Shown here in pieces: positions 30,504-39,813 of a DNA stretch of 64,000 bases. Under the pieces are notes generated by a model that was given only the letters and a program-made list of their open reading frames with translations, searched no databases and was not told the DNA's origin. Source of the DNA: a virus. The translations under genes were made by a program, and so were the position numbers. Each line of letters begins with the position of its first letter. The stretch's first letter is position 1. The stretch lies in the IMG/VR virus record IMGVR_UViG_3300027973_000043, positions 1 through 64,000 of that record, one strand, 5' to 3'.

Positions 30504-30911
30504 TTATTCATGAGTTTGAGAAAAAATAATTAATTCTCCCAACACTTCAATCAAACCTACAATTTTTTGAAATTCTGTTTGTTGCATTTTGATAGTGCCG
30601 TCCATAGCATCATTTAATTGGTTAGTAAGTTGTTTTAATTGCTTTTTTGCTTGAGCTATATCAAATTTACCATTTGCGGCTTTTTTATAATATGGTAATT
30701 TTACTTTGAAGTGATGATATGTTAGCATAGCAGGACCACCTTTTTCATGTGCCGCATCAGCTATCTTTTCAGCACCAGAATTACGTTTTTCTGCAAATTT
30801 TTGAAATGCATCTTTTTGCGTTTCTTTTTTCTCGCTCTCAGAACATAAACTTTCGCCTAATTCTCTAGAATAGGTTTTTGAAAAATTTAAATAAAAATCA
30901 TTGAAATTCAT
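30504..30911 (-). CDS. Hypothetical protein with leader
   Basis: MNFNDFY start. Confidence 0.65.
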   Translation of the reverse strand: MNFNDFYLNFSKTYSRELGESLCSESEKKETQKDAFQKFAEKRNSGAEKIADAAHEKGGPAMLTYHHFKVKLPYYKKAANGKFDIAQAKKQLKQLTNQLNDAMDGTIKMQQTEFQKIVGLIEVLGELIIFSQTHE

Positions 30912-30942
30912 ATTTCTATTTATAAAGATAAATAGAAATATG
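30909..30942. promoter_or_regulatory. Palindromic divergent late-promoter pair
   Basis: Perfect 15-bp inverted repeat CATATTTCTATTTAT-AAAG-ATAAATAGAAATATG spanning both start codons. Confidence 0.7.
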
Positions 30943-31242
30943 GACGACCCTCTTGCAACAATCTATGAGAATAATATGCTTCGTGGTATTGGAGCAGCAC
31001 TAACGCTTGCTACCTCTCCACTTGCTGCAAAAGATTCTCCGCAAGATTATAAAACTGCTGCTTCTCAAATTGCAAATTATATTAAAACTTTTGATTCACA
31101 AATAAATTTGACAAATGATGCTAATAAAAGAAATAATTTATTAAAACAAAAAGAAAATGAAATTTCCCGTTTAAAATTTATAATTAATAAACTTCGTGAA
31201 ATGGGAGTTTCTGATGATGAAATAAGAAAATTAAATAAGTAA
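30940..31242 (+). CDS. Hypothetical protein
   Basis: Start reassigned to MDDPLATIYENN. Confidence 0.6.
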   Translation: MDDPLATIYENNMLRGIGAALTLATSPLAAKDSPQDYKTAASQIANYIKTFDSQINLTNDANKRNNLLKQKENEISRLKFIINKLREMGVSDDEIRKLNK

Positions 31243-31247
31243 AAGAT

Positions 31248-31631
31248 ATGTATCTTCAACCAAGCACAAGCATAAGTTATAATGACCGCAGAGAATTATT
31301 TGCATGGGAATTAATGACAGGCGGACACGGACAAGTTTATTTGAGTGGAGCAGGAACTTTTACTCCTAGTACATCTTCTTTTGTATTTTATAAAATAGAC
31401 TTCTTAGCAAATTCTGTTGTTTCTAGTGCAGGATTTCGTTCTATAGCAGACGATAATAAAACCTTAATCTATCAAGTAAATGGATCAAGCTTTACAAATG
31501 TTGCTTTCACTTCTAGTCAAACATGGTTTGCACCATTAACAAGCATTACTCTCGCAAGTGGTAAGGCGATTGCTTATCAATATTCTAAGTTCCCACCAGA
31601 GGACTATATTTGCTCATCTTCTTGTAGATAA
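31248..31631 (+). CDS. Hypothetical beta-rich protein
   Basis: ORF preceded by TAAGTA. Confidence 0.55.
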   Translation: MYLQPSTSISYNDRRELFAWELMTGGHGQVYLSGAGTFTPSTSSFVFYKIDFLANSVVSSAGFRSIADDNKTLIYQVNGSSFTNVAFTSSQTWFAPLTSITLASGKAIAYQYSKFPPEDYICSSSCR

Positions 31632-31633
31632 TT

Positions 31634-31771
31634 ATGGCTGGAAAAAAAGATGCATGTTATCATAAAGTAAAAGCACGTTATCGGGTATTCCCTAGTGCTT
31701 ATTCAAGCGGTGCTCTTGTGCAGTGTCGTAAGAAAGGTGCAAGCAATTGGGGAAAATCTAAAAAGAAATGA
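31634..31771 (+). CDS. Small basic Cys-containing peptide (45 aa, missing from the ORF track)
   Basis: MAGKKDACYHKVKARYRVFPSAYSSGALVQCRKKGASNWG; ATGA overlap with the next gene. Confidence 0.7.
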   Translation: MAGKKDACYHKVKARYRVFPSAYSSGALVQCRKKGASNWGKSKKK

Positions 31772-32016
31772 ATCAATTTGACAGTTTTGTAAATTCTATC
31801 TTAGGAGAAGAAAGTCTTCATGACTGGTTTTCTCATAAAAGTGGCGGAAAGCCAGGATGGGTAGACTGTAAAACTAAAAAACCTTGTGGACGACAAAAAG
31901 GCGAGAAGCGTAAAAGCTATCCCGCCTGTCGTCCTACACTTTCTCAGTGTAATTCTTCTATGAAGAAAAAGAAAAGTTCTAAAAGAATATCTTGGAAATC
32001 TAAAAAGAAGAAGTAG
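31768..32016 (+). CDS. Small basic Cys-containing protein
   Basis: EESLHDWF ... GWVDC ... PCGR ... YPACRP. Confidence 0.7.
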   Translation: MNQFDSFVNSILGEESLHDWFSHKSGGKPGWVDCKTKKPCGRQKGEKRKSYPACRPTLSQCNSSMKKKKSSKRISWKSKKKK

Positions 32017-32245
32017 TTTTCTTTCCTTCTTTTTCAATTATGTATTCGTTTTTACGAATATTAATTATAGTTTTTTCTACATAACCTTTTATAAGACTAC
32101 TCTCTAGATATATAAAAGGAAATAAAGTTTGTTCATCACGAACAACATGAAAGTAAATATTTTTGAAATTTTCTATTTCGTCAGGTTCAACCTGTGCATA
32201 TCCGTCACAGAGAGATGTTATGTTTATATGTTGTGATTCATTCAT
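32000..32245 (-). CDS. Hypothetical protein
   Basis: Likely start MNESQH. Confidence 0.45.
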   Translation of the reverse strand: MNESQHINITSLCDGYAQVEPDEIENFKNIYFHVVRDEQTLFPFIYLESSLIKGYVEKTIINIRKNEYIIEKEGKKTTSSF

Positions 32246-32540
32246 GTTTTGTAATTTGGTGAATTTTTTCGTCCAAAAAAATAGTAGTTCTTTCAAATAA
32301 AAAGGCAAATGCACTACCAGCAAATGTTAATAAGAACATTTTAGAAGGAAAAACAATAGTTGAGAAAAAAGCTGCAACCCAAAATCCTGTACAAAGAGAG
32401 CATTTAATTAAGTCTTTTAGAAAAGAATTTTTATTAAGTGTTTGGCGAATACGAAGCTTGTCCATAATTGTTGAATGAACAATTATAAATGTAAGACCTG
32501 CTGTTGCGAATAAAAAAAGAAATAAATCTGTAATAGTCAT
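32238..32540 (-). CDS. Membrane protein, DUF1360-like
   Basis: Hydrophobic helices and CSLCTGFW. Confidence 0.6.
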   Translation of the reverse strand: MTITDLFLFLFATAGLTFIIVHSTIMDKLRIRQTLNKNSFLKDLIKCSLCTGFWVAAFFSTIVFPSKMFLLTFAGSAFAFLFERTTIFLDEKIHQITKHE

Positions 32541-33532
32541 TTTAGTTTAAAAAATTTAAGAACTTTATCGAATAGTTTTTGAAGCTTTGAAAAGCTAGCA
32601 ATTGATTGAATTGTTACAACTTCCCCAAAAATACTTTCAGGATTTACAATTCCCCAACCGCTGTGATTGTCCCAGCCTTTATTCTCTACATCAATTGCAG
32701 TACTATATAACATTTTCTTAATTTCGTCAACAGTTAAATTTTTATTTTCTGCTTTATATTTTGAAATAATAAGAGCAACAACACCAGTAATAACAGGAGT
32801 TGCCATGCTTGTTCCGCTCAGAACCGCATAACCTTTGTTAAGATATGTTGAAAGAATTTTATCTCCTGGTGCCATAATATCTAATTCTTTTCCCCATGAA
32901 GAAAACTTTGAACGATCTTTTAAAATTGTATCAGAATAAGAACCAACTGTAATTACTTCTTCATATTTTGCAGGATAAAGAATGTTTTCTTCACCATTAT
33001 TACCTGCTGCACAAACTACTACAGTTCCGTTCGAAACTAGTTTTTTAATAACCTCATGAACTTCTGGCATTGGATCTGGACCGCCAAGGCTAAGATTAAT
33101 TACATCAGGACATATTTTTAAACAATACTGTAATCCTTTTAAAATGCTATCATTTTTACTACGACCATTTTTATCTAACACTTTTCCTGTAATAATTGTA
33201 ACTTCAGGCGCAATACCAACAATGCCTTCTGTGTTGTTTATTGCACCAATCGTGCCGGTGCAGTGACATCCATGGCCAATATAAGAATCAAATATATCTT
33301 CTCCGTCAATAAAAGACTGACATTTACTTAAGTCTATGTTTTTCATCAAATCAGGATGATCTATTGGACAACCAGTGTCTAGAACCATTACTTTTACTCT
33401 TTTACCTTTACTTTTACTCCAAATTTTTGGTATATTTAAATCTCTCACATTTTGAGGATAAATCTGAGATAGTACATGAGCACTACCTACATCGTGAATT
33501 TCGTATCGGGGAAGAAAACATTCGTTGGGCAT
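32537..33532 (-). CDS. Subtilisin-family (S8) serine protease
   Basis: VLDTG, GHGCHCTG, AAGN and SGTSMATP motifs. Confidence 0.95.
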   Translation of the reverse strand: MPNECFLPRYEIHDVGSAHVLSQIYPQNVRDLNIPKIWSKSKGKRVKVMVLDTGCPIDHPDLMKNIDLSKCQSFIDGEDIFDSYIGHGCHCTGTIGAINNTEGIVGIAPEVTIITGKVLDKNGRSKNDSILKGLQYCLKICPDVINLSLGGPDPMPEVHEVIKKLVSNGTVVVCAAGNNGEENILYPAKYEEVITVGSYSDTILKDRSKFSSWGKELDIMAPGDKILSTYLNKGYAVLSGTSMATPVITGVVALIISKYKAENKNLTVDEIKKMLYSTAIDVENKGWDNHSGWGIVNPESIFGEVVTIQSIASFSKLQKLFDKVLKFFKLK

Positions 33533-33557
33533 GAAAATATTTATTCATGCCCAACGA
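33522..33557 (-). promoter_or_regulatory. 14-bp hairpin covering the protease start codon, with a late-promoter motif in the loop
   Basis: TCGTTGGGCATGAA / TTCATGCCCAACGA; the minus-strand loop contains TAAATA. Confidence 0.7.
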
Positions 33558-33577
33558 TTGTATAGATTTTTTATAGA

Positions 33578-33919
33578 TTAAAACTTTTTATTTCCGTGCT
33601 TATAACTTCTAGTCTTATTCATTTCGATTTTTGCTACTAATGCTTCTGCAATACGATATTTTCTTGCTGCTGTAAAATCCATTATACGAATTATAACGTC
33701 AGCTAACTCTGCTTCTGCTCCACTAAATTCAGGAATCTTATCATCAGGAGGATTATCGTTTCGCAATGCTTCAAGAGCTTCTGAAAGCTCAGAATGAATA
33801 AGAGCTATAAGTTCTCCGTCGTTTCGGTCATTTTCCCACCAGCCTTTTTCTTTAGCCGTTTCATGAACATTTTTGGATATAATGTTAAAGGTTTCTATAA
33901 ATGTTGTATTTGTATTCAT
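33578..33919 (-). CDS. MazG-like nucleotide pyrophosphohydrolase
   Basis: LIHSELSEALEA ... ELADVIIR ... KIEMN. Confidence 0.85.
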   Translation of the reverse strand: MNTNTTFIETFNIISKNVHETAKEKGWWENDRNDGELIALIHSELSEALEALRNDNPPDDKIPEFSGAEAELADVIIRIMDFTAARKYRIAEALVAKIEMNKTRSYKHGNKKF

Positions 33920-33951
33920 AAGTTTGTTTTTTTTTGTTTTTCTCGGCAATT

Positions 33952-34635
33952 TTATTTATGGTTTAATTCTGTTTTCTTTTGATGAATCATATCAACGCAT
34001 TTAAAAAAACCAGCTCCGTCAATTAAATTATCTCTTTTTGGTTGAAACTTTTCACGGGAAAGTTTCACACCAACCATCATAAGTCCAACCGTTTCTGGTG
34101 AAATGTCTGGAAGACCAAGTTGCATTCCCCATACTCTGCCAATGTCAGTAAAATTATCATAAGGATGACCATATAATGACTGACGATCAAAGCTTACAAG
34201 ATGATCTGCAATTTCGCAAATACTTTTTTCATGTTCATCTTTTTTAAGCTCTAAAACATCAAGATTTTCGTTCCAACATTTAAGACCCATTAACTTTGCT
34301 GCATGAAACTCAAGATTAGCGCCTTTACTATTTTCCCAATCATTTAAGAAAACTACTGCATCTGCTTTTGAAATCATTTTAAGTGATTCACGAATGTAAT
34401 AACTGTAATGATGACCCGTTTCACCATTTGCAATTTCAGCAGGATTAAAAATGAAAGAATAACCAATTTCACGCAAAAGGCTTTCTATCTCATAGAACTT
34501 TGGGTAATTATACTCTGGAAGACCTGTCATAGGTCCAGCGATATAAATTTTATAATTTTGATTGCAATTTACAATATCTCTTAAATTCACTGTTTTTTCC
34601 TTTCTTATTAGTTTTTTTAATTTTTTTGATAACAA
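33952..34635 (-). CDS. DUF4406 (nucleoside deoxyribosyltransferase-like) fused to a DUF6378-like domain
   Basis: IYIAGPMTG..YN.P.F ... WENSKGANLE; RQSLYGHPYDNF ... DNLIDGAG. Confidence 0.75.
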   Translation of the reverse strand: MLSKKLKKLIRKEKTVNLRDIVNCNQNYKIYIAGPMTGLPEYNYPKFYEIESLLREIGYSFIFNPAEIANGETGHHYSYYIRESLKMISKADAVVFLNDWENSKGANLEFHAAKLMGLKCWNENLDVLELKKDEHEKSICEIADHLVSFDRQSLYGHPYDNFTDIGRVWGMQLGLPDISPETVGLMMVGVKLSREKFQPKRDNLIDGAGFFKCVDMIHQKKTELNHK

Positions 34636-34906
34636 TTTCTTCTTTTTTATTTTGCAATAAATAAGAAGAAAAATAGGTTTTTTGTAAAAAAAAGTAATAT
34701 TTAATACATAAATCTAATAAAGAAAAATTTAACGGACGATATGAATGTATAAACGAATCAGGAGAAGGATTGAGAATATCCTGGTATTCTACATTCTCTA
34801 CTTCGGAATCAGGATGTTGTTGTTGTTTAGTTTTTTTCACAGTTTTGGAGTTTTAAAGGAAATCTGAGTAATATATTTTATTATACACACACCTCAACTT
34901 ACTAGA

Positions 34907-35686
34907 TTAGAGGAAATTGTCAAGTTTATCTTTTAATTTTGTGTAACAATATAATACTGCAAAGTCCATAGGCTGTAAATCTATATAGTTTCTAATTTTT
35001 GTTGAATTGACATCTGCACCTATTTGCTTTTCTGATACATCACCGTCATTATCTATACTTAAACTTGCAAATTTATCAATTTTAAGAATTTGTAAATAAT
35101 ATAAATCTGAACCTGTTTCTGTCTGAACAACATTATAAATTCCATTGTTCTTGTTTTCTAACAAAGTTAGTAAAGCTTTTTCTAAGTCTGGAAGATAAGT
35201 GTGACAATCCATCCAGTTTTTAGGAACATCACTATGTGTTATTTTTACAAGCCAGTTATCAGAATGATAATATTCGCTAAAAGGATTTTTTATTCGAAGT
35301 ATAAGTCCGTTACTTTTTTCAATAAGAACTTCGGCTAATCGCTTAGTTAATAAATAAGTGCTTGAAGTATTTAATTCGGTTAAATCTTCTTTTGTATTGT
35401 TCCACTCGTAGTTACCTTTGTATAGTTCAGCAGTGGAAATATAAACAAATGGAATTTTCTTTTGTTTTGTATAATCTAAAATATGCGAAGGAATAGAGTA
35501 ATTAACTGTTAGTAACTCAGCAAAATTTCCTTCTCTCATTTCTTCACAATAAATTACCGCAGAGTATTGATCTAAACGGTCAATTGAATCATAAACCCAT
35601 TGCCAAGATACAACTTCAAAGTCTGGATTATTTTTAAAGTATTCTGAAACTATATTGTTTCCTATTAAAAGATATTTTTTTTTCAT
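34907..35686 (-). CDS. Degenerate NAD-dependent epimerase / RmlD-like protein
   Basis: YISTAELY, YLLTKRLAE (YxxxK), GIYNV; Gly-rich loop eroded. Confidence 0.6.
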   Translation of the reverse strand: MKKKYLLIGNNIVSEYFKNNPDFEVVSWQWVYDSIDRLDQYSAVIYCEEMREGNFAELLTVNYSIPSHILDYTKQKKIPFVYISTAELYKGNYEWNNTKEDLTELNTSSTYLLTKRLAEVLIEKSNGLILRIKNPFSEYYHSDNWLVKITHSDVPKNWMDCHTYLPDLEKALLTLLENKNNGIYNVVQTETGSDLYYLQILKIDKFASLSIDNDGDVSEKQIGADVNSTKIRNYIDLQPMDFAVLYCYTKLKDKLDNFL

Positions 35687-35689
35687 ATG

Positions 35690-36277
35690 TTAATCTTCAC
35701 AAGTTGCACACCCAAACATAGTATTTACTGGATAGATGGTATCGTTGTAATAGTCGTCCAGCCAAACTAAGGATTTTCTCTCAAATTCAGAATTTTTATT
35801 ATTTTCTGCAACTAATTTACATAAATAAATATAATATTCGTCTGAATATATTCTTTTAGATAAATTTATATCTTTATGTAGAAGTTGCACGTTATCAATA
35901 GTATAACCTTTTTTAGAATCTATTCTATCAACAGAAGCCGTTGATAATTTAAATACGTTATGGAATTGGATATATGTACCTGTTAAAGCGCATTTTTTAT
36001 TCTGTTTAATCCATAAGTCTAAAATATCTTCTTCGGTTATATCACATATCCTGTTTTTAGATTTCGCGTGAACTTTTATCTGATTAATAATTCTCTTAGG
36101 AATAACTCCTGTTTTTGATAGCTCTATTTTTTTCTGAATATTTAAAGTAGTAGCTCTAGAATATATCGAAGATAGCGTTTTTTGTAATTTTGTTGCACAA
36201 GCCTTAGCTCCTATTCTTTCATAATTTTCAATTATAAAAGAATCTTCTTCATTATTCCATCTTTGTTTAGATTTCAT
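35690..36277 (-). CDS. Putative HNH-like homing endonuclease downstream of nrdB
   Basis: CALTG ... SVDRIDSKKGYTIDNVQ ... INLSK. Confidence 0.75.
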   Translation of the reverse strand: MKSKQRWNNEEDSFIIENYERIGAKACATKLQKTLSSIYSRATTLNIQKKIELSKTGVIPKRIINQIKVHAKSKNRICDITEEDILDLWIKQNKKCALTGTYIQFHNVFKLSTASVDRIDSKKGYTIDNVQLLHKDINLSKRIYSDEYYIYLCKLVAENNKNSEFERKSLVWLDDYYNDTIYPVNTMFGCATCED

Positions 36278-36279
36278 TT

Positions 36280-37338
36280 TTAAAATTCGAAATTTAAATC
36301 CATTGAATCAAGATCGTTACTAATCTTTCCCTTTTCGTAGTCTAATATAGGTTTTTCTTGAGGAGCCACATCAATTTCATCCGAATTTATATATTCCTTG
36401 ATCCAACTTCCCATTGGGTTTTTCTTTGTTTCGAAAATTTGGTCGTACCCCATTGAACGAAGACGAATATTGGCCAACCATTCAGGATAACTTTGAAGTT
36501 GCTGAAGAGAAAGACCTAATAACGGACCCCGACTACATAAATATGTAGCCCAATCCTTTTCATGCTGAACAGCCATTTTATAAAATTCATAAATTAAATT
36601 TTCGTTTTGATTAATTATATCAGAAAAACCTTCAGATGGATCAGTTTTCCATCTACGAATGATATTTTGTGTAATGGCTACATGTAAATCTTCATCTCTA
36701 TTAATAAGCTTGATAATATCTGCATTTCCCTTCATAAGACCACGACTACCAAACCAGTAAGTACATGCAAAACTTACATAAAATAATATACCCTCTGCTA
36801 TTTGTAGTGAGAGAACCGTTTTAAATATCTCTTCTTTCGGAGAATTACCCACGGACGACAGTAATTTATCAAATTGCTCAGTGAGTTGAGAAGCACGTTT
36901 CATTACTTCTTCATTTTCATAAATGCTATCAAAAAATTCACTTGGTTTTTTTACAATGTTTCTAAGAATATGCGTATAGCTCTCGGAATGCGTATTTTCC
37001 ATAAGCGTCCACCAATTCATAGCAAACTCTAATTCAGAATTTGAAACATATTTTTTAAGACTTTCAATAGTTCTCGAAAGACAAGAATCGCCTACTGTCT
37101 GAAAGGATAGATTATTTACAAAAACAAATCTTTCTGTTTCTGTTAAATTTTCAAACTGCGCTCGGTCGTTAGAAATAGGAATTTCATTAGGTTGCCAGTA
37201 ATTTTTTCGTTGATTCTCGTAAGATTTTTGAAATTCTGGATATTTTACAATATCGTATCTCTGCAATCCTAAGTCTTCGCCAAAAAACATTGGCTGTTGT
37301 AAAATATCTACTGGTTTTTTATTTAGTACTGTGTTCAT
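36280..37338 (-). CDS. nrdB: Ribonucleotide reductase class Ia beta subunit
   Basis: GDS, ENTHSESY, EGILFYVSFA, RDEDLH and VAPQE motifs; start reassigned to MNTVLN. Confidence 0.95.
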   Translation of the reverse strand: MNTVLNKKPVDILQQPMFFGEDLGLQRYDIVKYPEFQKSYENQRKNYWQPNEIPISNDRAQFENLTETERFVFVNNLSFQTVGDSCLSRTIESLKKYVSNSELEFAMNWWTLMENTHSESYTHILRNIVKKPSEFFDSIYENEEVMKRASQLTEQFDKLLSSVGNSPKEEIFKTVLSLQIAEGILFYVSFACTYWFGSRGLMKGNADIIKLINRDEDLHVAITQNIIRRWKTDPSEGFSDIINQNENLIYEFYKMAVQHEKDWATYLCSRGPLLGLSLQQLQSYPEWLANIRLRSMGYDQIFETKKNPMGSWIKEYINSDEIDVAPQEKPILDYEKGKISNDLDSMDLNFEF

Positions 37339-37349
37339 ATAGTTTGATT

Positions 37350-39617
37350 TTAAAGCGTACAGGCTCCACCTGCACATTCGGATTGATTATCTTCAAGTTC
37401 AGCATTTGCTAAACTATCTTTTTTCTTTTTGGTGTTGCAATAATAAAAAGTTTTTATCCCATAGTGTGTTGCCATCATATGTTCTTTTAATAAAACACTT
37501 AAAGGAATATTGCTATCTGGATAAACTTCGCTATCAAAATACATATTGAAACTACTAGACATATCTAACCATTTAGAAATAACCGCATTAAGTTTTATTA
37601 ATTTTTCGTTATTTTTAATGTCAGATTTTTTAGTATAAACATGTTTATATTTTAAATTTGGAACAATTTGAATTGCGGTCTTTTCTAAAGAACTCTTTTT
37701 TATAATGTACGATGTTATGGGTTCAACTCCGTTTGTAGAACCTTGAACTACACTGCTGCTTTCTACAGGCATTTGCGCAGTTAATGTCATATTTCTCATA
37801 CCATATTCTGATATGTCTTTCATCAATCCAGTCCAATCTAAATTGTTACTTTTAACTAATTTATCAACGTTCTTACAATACAAATCTAGAGGACTATATT
37901 CTCCTTTATGATATTTCGAACGATGAAAATGAGGAGCAGGTCCATCAATTTTAGCTAATTGTGTACTAGCATCCATCAAATAATATTGTTGCTTCTCAAA
38001 AAATTCATTTGTCAATTCGAGTGATTCTTGACTCTCATGATTAAAACCTTTAGATGCTAACCACCCAGCAAAATTAGTAACTCCTATTCCTAATGATCTT
38101 TTATTTTTTGCAAAATTTTCACATCCCTTTACTGTATATTCTTGAATGTCAATAAGATTATTTAAAGTTTTTACGATTAACTGACACACTCTACGGTGAT
38201 GTTCGTCATTTTTAATTTTTAGCATATTAACACACGCTAAAACACAAACCCCAATTTCTGCTTCTGGATCATTTGTAAATCTCTCTGCTTTTAGCGGTTG
38301 TAGTATTTCCTGACATAGGTTACTCATCTGAATAGTGTCTTTCCATGGAGAATACTCGTTGGAATGATCAACATTGAGTATGTAATATCTAGCAGTTTCT
38401 AATCTTTCTGTCATTAGCATTGTAGCCAATCCATCAGATCCTATAGACTGAACTTCTATACGTGGTATTGTTTTATCGTTTTCGTACTTGATATACAAAT
38501 TATCAAAATCTGGTGTTCCAAAAACCTCGTATAAATCAGGAACATCTTTACTAGAAAATAGTGATATTTTTTGTTTATTTTTAATGCGGTTCCAGAAAAT
38601 ATTAGATATTCCTATAGAATAATCTAAGTGATGAACTCTGTTTTCATGCGTTCCTTGGTTATTCTTCAATTGCAGAATAGTCATTATCTCTGGATGAAAT
38701 ATAGGAAATGTTACTGTTGCTGCTCCTCGTCTTGCACCACCTTGCTGACATGCCTTGATAGTTTCTTGATACATTTTTAGCCATGCTACAACACCACTGT
38801 GTAGCGTCTCTCCGTTTTTAATGGTGGAGTTGATTGGACGAAGACGGGATAGGTTAAAACCTACACCAAATTTATCACATGTCACCATTCCCATAGTAGT
38901 ATTAGCGGCAAACAGGCTATGTTTTGTGTCCAAAATATCTATGAGACAGCAACTACTATAAGATTTTACTGGAGTTCTTGCACCAGCCAAAACAGGAGTT
39001 GGCCAATTAACTGAAAAATTCTTACTTGTTTCTATATAAAAATTCTTAATCCAATTTATTCTATCTTCCTTTTCATTGGCAAAAAGAGACATAGCCATTC
39101 CTATAATCTGAAATTGCGGAGTTTCCAGAATTTGTTTAGTTTTTCTATTTTGAATAAGATATTTACTCATTAATTGAGTTAATCCGCCATAAGGAAATAA
39201 GAAATCTCTGTCATGGTCAATCATCTCGTTTATTTTGTTGATTTCTTTTTCCGAATATTTCTCTAAGAGAGAAGAGTCATAATACTTCTGACTTATTAAG
39301 TTTTTTAAAAAATCTAATAATTTTGGAGGATTTTTACCACCCCATACAATTTTTCTTAGTTTATAATTTAAGAGATTAGCTGCAACTTTTTCATAATTTG
39401 GAGAATCAATAGTTATAAGGTCTTCTGCCGAAGCAATAAGCGCATCATGTATAGATTCTGATGTTATAGAATCTATAATTGAAAGTTTAGCTTTAACAAT
39501 AATATCTGTTACATTAACATCTTTTATATTTTCGGTTGCCCATTCTAAGACTTTATTGATCTTGTTTGCGTCAAATGTCTCTCTTTTTCCATCTCGTTTT
39601 ATAATTGTTATATCCAT
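37350..39617 (-). CDS. nrdA: Ribonucleotide reductase class Ia alpha subunit with ATP cone
   Basis: IIKRDG, SSCCL, SNLCQEI, KTFYY and C-terminal CAGGACTL. Confidence 0.96.
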   Translation of the reverse strand: MDITIIKRDGKRETFDANKINKVLEWATENIKDVNVTDIIVKAKLSIIDSITSESIHDALIASAEDLITIDSPNYEKVAANLLNYKLRKIVWGGKNPPKLLDFLKNLISQKYYDSSLLEKYSEKEINKINEMIDHDRDFLFPYGGLTQLMSKYLIQNRKTKQILETPQFQIIGMAMSLFANEKEDRINWIKNFYIETSKNFSVNWPTPVLAGARTPVKSYSSCCLIDILDTKHSLFAANTTMGMVTCDKFGVGFNLSRLRPINSTIKNGETLHSGVVAWLKMYQETIKACQQGGARRGAATVTFPIFHPEIMTILQLKNNQGTHENRVHHLDYSIGISNIFWNRIKNKQKISLFSSKDVPDLYEVFGTPDFDNLYIKYENDKTIPRIEVQSIGSDGLATMLMTERLETARYYILNVDHSNEYSPWKDTIQMSNLCQEILQPLKAERFTNDPEAEIGVCVLACVNMLKIKNDEHHRRVCQLIVKTLNNLIDIQEYTVKGCENFAKNKRSLGIGVTNFAGWLASKGFNHESQESLELTNEFFEKQQYYLMDASTQLAKIDGPAPHFHRSKYHKGEYSPLDLYCKNVDKLVKSNNLDWTGLMKDISEYGMRNMTLTAQMPVESSSVVQGSTNGVEPITSYIIKKSSLEKTAIQIVPNLKYKHVYTKKSDIKNNEKLIKLNAVISKWLDMSSSFNMYFDSEVYPDSNIPLSVLLKEHMMATHYGIKTFYYCNTKKKKDSLANAELEDNQSECAGGACTL

Positions 39618-39764
39618 GATTAATTTATTAGTACTCGTAAATAAGTATAAGCTACTTACTTTCTATAATGTCTTTTACATTACCATAAAAATGAAAAAAA
39701 ATACACTATTAAATAAGGTTTTTTTCTCATTTTTTATCCAAAAAAAGCTAAAAAAGTTAAAAAA

Positions 39765-39800
39765 AGAGGAGTCTTAGATATTTATCTAAGACTCCTCCTT
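39765..39800 (-). terminator. Intrinsic terminator
   Basis: GAGGAGTCTTAGATA-TT-TATCTAAGACTCCTC stem with adjacent A-run. Confidence 0.75.
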
Positions 39801-39813
39801 AAACTTTTTCTTT

